32,000 nucleotides of DNA from positions 600,001-632,000 of the forward strand of contig NZ_CP142525.1 in NCBI RefSeq assembly GCF_051097895.1, in the 5' to 3' direction. The position numbers were made by a program, and so were the translations under genes. The notes beneath the pieces were generated by a model. It saw nothing but the letters and a program-made list of their open reading frames with translations. It was not told where the DNA came from and did no database searches. Origin of the DNA: Psychrobacter sp. HD31 (GTDB lineage Bacteria; Pseudomonadota; Gammaproteobacteria; Pseudomonadales; Moraxellaceae). Below are positions 26,650 to 32,000 of the stretch, piece after piece. Numbering within the stretch: the first letter of the stretch is position 1; each line of letters opens with the position of its first letter.

Positions 26650-26678
26650 TTATCAAGTATCATAATTTTTGCTATAAT
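26650..26678 (+). promoter_or_regulatory. Predicted sigma70 promoter for mnmG
   Basis: TTATCA (26650-26655), a 17-nt spacer, then consensus TATAAT (26673-26678). It lies about 90 nt upstream of the mnmG ATG. Confidence 0.45.
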
Positions 26679-26769
26679 AGAGGGTTTGTTATCGCTTGTT
26701 TGCTAGCTCAGTCGTTTTGCTTAAACATGATGATATCCCCAAATGATTAATTAAAGAGTATTAAAACCT

Positions 26770-28662
26770 ATGCAATATCCAAAACATTATGACGTAGTTG
26801 TTATTGGTGGTGGTCATGCTGGTACAGAAGCCGCATTGGCATCTGCACGTATGGGCGCACAAACGCTATTACTAACGCATAATATAGAAACCCTTGGACA
26901 AATGAGTTGCAACCCTGCCATTGGTGGCATAGGTAAATCCCACTTGGTGAAAGAAATTGATGCACTTGGCGGCGCAATGGCATTGGCAACCGACAAAGCC
27001 AGTATCCAATTTAGGGTGCTAAATAGCCGTAAAGGTGCAGCTGTGAGAGCAACACGAGCGCAAGCAGACCGTATTTTGTACAAAGCGGCCATCCGTCATG
27101 TGTTAGAAAACCAACCAAATTTAGACATTTTTCAACAAGCGGCAGATGATATTTTGGTAGAAAATGGCAAAGCAACTGCTGTCGTCACATCAACCGGTAT
27201 TATATTTAACACCCAAACGGTTGTATTAACATCTGGTACTTTTTTAGGCGGTGTCATCCATATTGGGCTTGAAAGCTCAAGTGGAGGGCGAGCAGGGGAT
27301 CAGCCATCTATCAAACTTGCTGACAGACTGCGTGAACTGAAACTGCCAGTTGGGCGTTTAAAAACTGGTACACCTGCCCGTATTGATGCCCGAACAGTTG
27401 ATTTTAGTGTCATGACACCACAACCTGGCGACACCCCTTTACCCGTTATGAGTTATATGGGTAATGCTGACATGCACCCACAACAAATTAACTGTTATAT
27501 CACCCACACAAATGAAAAAACGCACGATATTATTAGACAAAACTTAGACCGCTCACCCATGTTTTCTGGCAAAATTGAAGGGGTAGGACCGCGCTATTGC
27601 CCTTCTATTGAAGATAAAATACACCGTTTTGCCGATAAAGACAGCCACCAAATCTTTATTGAGCCAGAGGGTCTAACAACACATGAGTTATACCCTAATG
27701 GTATTTCTACCAGTTTACCGTTTGATGTACAGCTAGACTTCATACATAGTATGAAAGGGTTAGAAAACGCACATATAACGCGCCCAGGCTATGCCATTGA
27801 GTATGACTATTTTGACCCTCAAAGCCTAAAACCCACGTTAGAAACAAAATCAATCGACCGTTTGTATTTTGCAGGGCAAATCAATGGTACAACGGGATAC
27901 GAGGAGGCAGGAGCACAGGGCTTATTAGCTGGTATAAATGCCGCACTTTCTACACAACAAAATGGCAAATATGATGTATGGACACCACGCCGTGATCAAG
28001 CGTATCTTGGCGTATTGGTTGATGACTTAATTACCAATGGTACAAAAGAGCCTTACCGCATGTTTACAAGCCGTGCAGAGTACCGCCTATTATTGCGTGA
28101 AGATAATGCCGATCAACGACTAACCGAAGTAGGGCGTGAGCTTGGTTTAATTGATGATAGCCGCTGGGATGCGTATTGCAAAAAAATGGACGCCGTTGCC
28201 ACTGAGTCTGCACGTTTACAACAAATGTGGGCAACCCCACAAAATGAGCTTGGCAAAAAGTTTGTTGCGCACACCGGCGAGGTTTTATCTAAAGAGTCAA
28301 CCGCTTATGACTTATTAAAACGCCCAAATATTACCTTTGATGATATTAAACACATCAGTGACTCAAGTGTTGATGAACAAGTTGGCGAGCAGATAGAAAT
28401 CACCGTTAAGTATGCCGGTTACATTAGCCGTCAGCAAGATGAAATCGAACAAATGAAACGCCTAGAAAATACAGAGCTGCCATTAGATTTTGACTTTAGC
28501 GTGGTTTCTGGTTTATCTAACGAAATTGTGCAAAAACTTGAACAAGTAAAACCAGCAACACTTGGTCAGGCAAGTCGTATCAGCGGAGTCACACCCGCTG
28601 CAATACAATTACTTGCCATGACCATAAAAAAACAAAAAAAGGCAAAAAAACTATTAAACTAG
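26770..28662 (+). CDS. mnmG: tRNA uridine 5-carboxymethylaminomethyl modification enzyme MnmG (GidA)
   Basis: 630-aa ORF with N-terminal FAD motif [23 protein letters not shown] and [34 protein letters not shown], and a conserved C-terminus [13 protein letters not shown]. Confidence 0.97.
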   Translation: MQYPKHYDVVVIGGGHAGTEAALASARMGAQTLLLTHNIETLGQMSCNPAIGGIGKSHLVKEIDALGGAMALATDKASIQFRVLNSRKGAAVRATRAQADRILYKAAIRHVLENQPNLDIFQQAADDILVENGKATAVVTSTGIIFNTQTVVLTSGTFLGGVIHIGLESSSGGRAGDQPSIKLADRLRELKLPVGRLKTGTPARIDARTVDFSVMTPQPGDTPLPVMSYMGNADMHPQQINCYITHTNEKTHDIIRQNLDRSPMFSGKIEGVGPRYCPSIEDKIHRFADKDSHQIFIEPEGLTTHELYPNGISTSLPFDVQLDFIHSMKGLENAHITRPGYAIEYDYFDPQSLKPTLETKSIDRLYFAGQINGTTGYEEAGAQGLLAGINAALSTQQNGKYDVWTPRRDQAYLGVLVDDLITNGTKEPYRMFTSRAEYRLLLREDNADQRLTEVGRELGLIDDSRWDAYCKKMDAVATESARLQQMWATPQNELGKKFVAHTGEVLSKESTAYDLLKRPNITFDDIKHISDSSVDEQVGEQIEITVKYAGYISRQQDEIEQMKRLENTELPLDFDFSVVSGLSNEIVQKLEQVKPATLGQASRISGVTPAAIQLLAMTIKKQKKAKKLLN

Positions 28663-28683
28663 TCTAATAAAGTCTCATCATAG

Positions 28684-29625
28684 CTATGCGAACTTAGCTT
28701 GGCATAGCTTTATAAACTCATCGGCAAATCTACGGGTTTCAGCATCGTCTCTTACCGCTATCCAACTGGTAAATCGTCCAAAATCTTCAATATCAATGGT
28801 TGTCAAATTTTGATAATGACCAGGTTCATAAGCCATTTCTGCAATAATACCAACGCCTAAACCAGCATCTACATAGGTGCTAATAACATCGGCATCTAAA
28901 GCCGCTAACACCACCTCTGGCTCAAGCCCTGACTGATTAAAAGTTGCATCAATGGTATCACGCCCAGTAAAACCCCCATGGTAAGTAATAATGGGGTAGC
29001 TTGCCAAGGTTGGTAAATCAATTTTATCTAGCTCTGCCAGCTCATGCTCTTTAGGTACAATAATTTGGTGCATCCAATCATAAAAACGTGTACAACGTAA
29101 ATAATGATTTTGTAACAATGATTCGGTGGCAATGCCAATATCAGCTTGCCCACGCATCACCAACTGAGTAATAGTTTCAGGGTCTGCTTGTTGTAAAATC
29201 AAATTTACATTGGGGTATAAACTACGAAACTGCTTTACAATGGTAGGTAAAACATACCGAGCTTGCGTGTGAGTTGTAGCCACCGTTAGCGTACCAACAT
29301 CTGGGCTAATATGGTCAAGCGTGATGTTTTCAATGGTTCTAATTTCTGCAAAAATTGTTTCAATATGGGGCAGTAAAGCTTTGCCCATTTCGGTTAAACC
29401 CGTTAATCTTTTGCCCTGCCTAACAAACACTTCTGTTTTTAGTTGGTTTTCTAAAGCTGCAATATGCTTAGACAAACTTGATTGACTCGTATGTAATACT
29501 TTAGCTGCTTGGCTTAAGTTATAGCCATTGACTACGGTATGCCATACAGTTTCGAGTTGTTTTAGTTGTATTTGCAAATGCCGCTGGTTAATCACCACAT
29601 TAATCGCCATCTTCTTAACCTTCAT
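28684..29625 (-). CDS. cysB: LysR-family transcriptional regulator, CysB/Cbl-like
   Basis: It has an N-terminal HTH ([27 protein letters not shown]) and the signature [16 protein letters not shown]..F...YP.V.L, close to E. coli CysB ([30 protein letters not shown]). The ATG at 29608-29610 (MAINV...) has a better purine-rich upstream region than the first ATG. The gene is convergent with mnmG. Confidence 0.75.
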   Translation of the reverse strand: [313 protein letters not shown]

Positions 29626-29734
29626 TCAAAAACAGAGCCTATATTATAACAGGTAATATACTAAGATTTAATAATTCAATATAGGAATATGCTCATATAA
29701 ATAAGATATAACACTCATGCTGATAAAAAAGTAA

Positions 29735-29753
29735 AAGAATGATATTTGTTATC
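29735..29753. promoter_or_regulatory. Fur-box-like 19-mer upstream of the bfr pair
   Basis: The sequence aagaatgatatttgttatc matches GATAATGATAATCATTATC at 14/19 by hand alignment. It lies about 130 nt upstream of the first bfr ATG, in the cysB-like / bfr divergent spacer. Confidence 0.35.
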
Positions 29754-29796
29754 GGTTTGCACTTCATTCGCGGTTCTAAAAAGTTATGTTATTTTT

Positions 29797-29825
29797 TTTA
29801 CATTCTGTTAACATTTTATTATAGC
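29797..29825 (+). promoter_or_regulatory. Candidate sigma70 promoter for the bfr operon
   Basis: TTTACA (29797-29802), a 17-nt spacer, then TATAGC (29820-25). This is a weak prediction in an AT-rich spacer and alternatives exist. Confidence 0.3.
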
Positions 29826-29838
29826 TAAGTTTTAAGCT

Positions 29839-29866
29839 TTAACATCTCAAACGTTAACATCTCAAA
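29839..29866 (+). repeat. Tandem direct repeat ttaacatctcaaa-cg-ttaacatctcaaa just upstream of the bfr RBS
   Basis: Positions 29839-29851 and 29854-29866 are identical 13-mers separated by 2 nt. A third TTAACAT occurs at 29808-29814. The repeats end 20 nt before the ATG at 29886 and would lie in the 5' UTR if the predicted promoter is correct. Confidence 0.75.
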
Positions 29867-29885
29867 TTATTCAAAAGGTGACATT

Positions 29886-30362
29886 ATGAAAGGCGATCAA
29901 AAAGTAATTGACTATTTAAACTTTTTATTAGGTGGTGAGCTGGCTGCACGTGACCAATATTTTATTCATGCAGAAATGTATCAAGAGTGGGAATATGGCA
30001 AGCTTTATGAGCACATGCACCACGAGATGCAGCATGAAACTGAACATGCTCAGGCAATTATCCGCCGTATTATGTTGCTAGGTGGTATCCCAAATATGAC
30101 CGTAAGTGCAATCAATGTGGGTACGGATGTTAAAAGTATGCTGCAATCTGACTTAGATTTAGAATATGCAGTGCGTGAACATTTAAAAGAAGGCATTGCC
30201 ATTTGTGAGCAAGCGCAAGATTACGTTACTCGTGACATGCTGGTAACACAACTTGAAGATACCGAAGAAGATCACGCTCATTGGTTAGAAAAACAATTAC
30301 GCCTCATTGAAATGATTGGTCTACAAAACTATTTACAAAGCCAAACAGGCGATGCGGCTTAA
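29886..30362 (+). CDS. bfr: Bacterioferritin subunit with a complete ferroxidase centre but no Met52 heme ligand
   Basis: 158-aa ORF with SD AAGGTG. Aligned by hand to E. coli Bfr, E18, E51, H54, E94 (here E93 after a 1-residue gap), E127 and H130 are all present. Position 52 is Thr instead of Met (HETEHA). Confidence 0.9.
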   Translation: MKGDQKVIDYLNFLLGGELAARDQYFIHAEMYQEWEYGKLYEHMHHEMQHETEHAQAIIRRIMLLGGIPNMTVSAINVGTDVKSMLQSDLDLEYAVREHLKEGIAICEQAQDYVTRDMLVTQLEDTEEDHAHWLEKQLRLIEMIGLQNYLQSQTGDAA

Positions 30363-30388
30363 TTTCTTAAAAATATAAGGAGACAGCT

Positions 30389-30853
30389 ATGAAAGGCCAT
30401 CCAGAAGTTATCAAGGCTTTAAACCTTGTATTAGGTAAGTCACTTATTGCGATTAACCAATATTTTTTGCACGCACGCATTGTTAAAAATTGGGGTGTAG
30501 AAGAGTTAAACGACGTTTTTTACAAACAATCAATCCGTGAGATGAAATGGTCTGATAAAATCATTGAACGTGTTTTGTTGCTTGAAGGTTTGCCAAACCT
30601 ACAAGAGCTTGGTAAGTTACTAATTGGTGAAGATGTTGCAGAAATCCTAGAATGCGACTTACGTCTAGAAAGCCAAAAACATGCGCTACTTATTGAAGCA
30701 ATTAAAATCTGCGAAGACAATAAAGATTACGTATCTCGTGAATTGTTGGTTGAGCTAAAAGACGGCAATGAAGAATATGAAGACTGGCTAGAAACGCAGC
30801 AAGATTTAATTAATGATATGGGTATCCAAAACTATATCCAACAGCAAGCTTAA
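30389..30853 (+). CDS. bfr: Bacterioferritin subunit with the Met52 heme ligand but a degenerate ferroxidase centre
   Basis: 154-aa ORF with SD AAGGAG. It is very similar to E. coli Bfr (LIAINQYFLHARI.KNWG, ILLEGLPNLQELGKLLIGEDV) and M52 is present (REMKW). However E18->S, H54->W, E127->N and H130->Y by hand alignment. Confidence 0.9.
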   Translation: MKGHPEVIKALNLVLGKSLIAINQYFLHARIVKNWGVEELNDVFYKQSIREMKWSDKIIERVLLLEGLPNLQELGKLLIGEDVAEILECDLRLESQKHALLIEAIKICEDNKDYVSRELLVELKDGNEEYEDWLETQQDLINDMGIQNYIQQQA

Positions 30854-30886
30854 ACCTTAACAAAACTAGATTAACAGCAAATAAAA

Positions 30887-30918
30887 GGTGATAGTAAAAA
30901 ATTACTATCACCTTTTTT
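30887..30918 (+). terminator. Rho-independent terminator after the bfr pair, possibly bidirectional with prpF
   Basis: A 10-bp stem ggtgatagta (30887-30896) / tactatcacc (30903-30912) with loop aaaaat, followed by tttttt (30913-30918). An A-rich run precedes the stem, so it may also serve the convergent prpF. Confidence 0.85.
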
Positions 30919-30961
30919 ATTCTATTACATAGTATAGTTAGGTTTATAAACTAACAACCCC

Positions 30962-32000
30962 CTAAAAAACTTGTGGTACATAAACTTCACCTACCATAAT
31001 ACGGCGGGCTGAACGGCTCATTGACACTTTTTTGGCTTGCCACTTTTTACCCTTAATGCCATCATCTACTTGTTCAGACTTGCCACCAACCTTTAACGTA
31101 CCAGAAGGATGCCCAAAGGTCACTTCACTAATTTCACTCCCGCCAGCTGCCTGATTAACCAATGTGCCTTGTGTGGTTGCGGCTGCAGCAATTGCCACCG
31201 CCGCTGTACCCATCATGGCATGGTGCAGTTGCCCCATACTCATGGCTCTCACCACTAAATCAATATCACTGGCTTTAACTGCCTTACCACTGGATGCTGT
31301 ATAGTCTTTTGGAGTGCTTACCCATGCAATTTTAGGGGTATGCTGACGAGTCTTTGCCTCCTCAACATCGCTAATCAAACCCATTTTAATAGCACCATAA
31401 GCACGTATTTTTTCTAGCTTAGCTAATATGGTTTCATCACTATTAATATCAGGTTGTAGCTCAGTGCCTGTAAAGCCCAAATCTTCTGCTTTCATAAATA
31501 TAGTTGGGATACCAGCATTGATAAATGTGGCTTCAAAGCTGCCAATATCCGGTACTTTAAAAGTATCTACCAAATTACCAGTGGGGAACATCTCGCCATC
31601 TACCGGATCAATAAACTCAATTTTAACCTCAGCTGCGGGGAAGGTAACACCATCCAACTCAAAATTGCCTGTTTCTTGTACTTGCCCATTGGTAATGGGG
31701 ACATGGGCAATAATTGTTTTGCTAATGTTTTGTTGCCAAATACGCACCTCACAAATGCCATTTTCTGGGACTTTATCGGCATCCACATAACCAAAATTAA
31801 TAGCACAAGCACCCACCGCAGCAGTTAAGTTACCGCAATTACCAGACCAATCAATCATTGGTTTGCCAATGTTAACTTGTCCAAATAAGTAATTAACATC
31901 ATGCTCAGGCACATCTGATTTAGATAAAATAACCGACTTTGAAGTACTCGAACTCCCATTGCCCAACCCATCAATCTGTTTGCCGTACGGGTCTGGACTG
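30962..32000 (-). CDS. prpF: 2-methylaconitate cis-trans isomerase PrpF (methylcitrate cycle), N-terminus outside the window
   Basis: The track start at 31966 is a TTG inside the gene. The frame stays open to the window edge and reads ..SPDPYGKQIDGLGNGSSSTSK, the conserved PrpF motif. DWSGNCGNLTAAVG, VRIWQQNISKTIIAHVP and LDGVTFPAAEV are also present. Confidence 0.88.
   Translation of the reverse strand, partial: SPDPYGKQIDGLGNGSSSTSKSVILSKSDVPEHDVNYLFGQVNIGKPMIDWSGNCGNLTAAVGACAINFGYVDADKVPENGICEVRIWQQNISKTIIAHVPITNGQVQETGNFELDGVTFPAAEVKIEFIDPVDGEMFPTGNLVDTFKVPDIGSFEATFINAGIPTIFMKAEDLGFTGTELQPDINSDETILAKLEKIRAYGAIKMGLISDVEEAKTRQHTPKIAWVSTPKDYTASSGKAVKASDIDLVVRAMSMGQLHHAMMGTAAVAIAAAATTQGTLVNQAAGGSEISEVTFGHPSGTLKVGGKSEQVDDGIKGKKWQAKKVSMSRSARRIMVGEVYVPQVF

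Noticed and set aside
26625-26769. A chromosomal origin (oriC) next to mnmG/gidA, as in E. coli.
   Set aside because: The spacer is only 145 bp. It has no cluster of TTATCCACA-type DnaA boxes, only weak partial matches, and no 13-mer AT-rich repeat array.
450-31812. The many 60-140-aa ORFs in the track lying antisense or out of frame inside cysE, trmJ, selO, dnaE, putA, putP, recC, recB, recD, mnmG, bfr and prpF (for example 450-656, 1514-1759, 6092-6376, 12734-13084, 19978-20403, 21946-22332, 24074-24457, 31428-31790).
   Set aside because: Each is fully embedded in a long ORF with clear family motifs and has the biased composition of shadow frames. None has independent support.

Overview
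This 32 kb window is mostly housekeeping chromosome from an AT-rich gammaproteobacterium. The ESPR-type secretion leader, the Q/N-rich enlarged RecBCD and the trmJ-cysE order suggest Moraxellaceae, but that is a low-confidence inference. Well-supported genes are cysE, trmJ, selO, dnaE, tRNA-Arg(CCT), putA plus a separate PutA C-terminal-domain gene, putP, recC-recB-recD, mnmG, a CysB-like LysR regulator, two tandem bacterioferritin genes and the 3' part of prpF, which runs off the right edge. I found no CRISPR array, transposase, integrase or recognisable multi-gene defence island. The only clearly accessory segment is about 2.19-3.47 kb. It has a strong sigma70 promoter with a Fur-like box, which drives a 77-aa stub that keeps only an ESPR secretion leader. 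A short toxin-tail-like ORF remnant follows, ATGA-coupled to a very AT-rich Imm11/DUF1629-like immunity-type gene. The module is bracketed by ~55-nt imperfect inverted repeats with a 31-nt core matching at 29/31. Other points worth a second look are PutA split exactly at the ALDH/C-terminal-domain boundary and a GC-rich structured island with an SD-led mini-ORF in the putA-putP control region. The Bfr pair also divides ferroxidase and heme-binding residues between two subunits and has tandem repeats in its leader, and an uncharacterised 168-aa ORF sits downstream of recD. All family assignments come from motif recognition by eye or memory and need HMM/BLAST confirmation.
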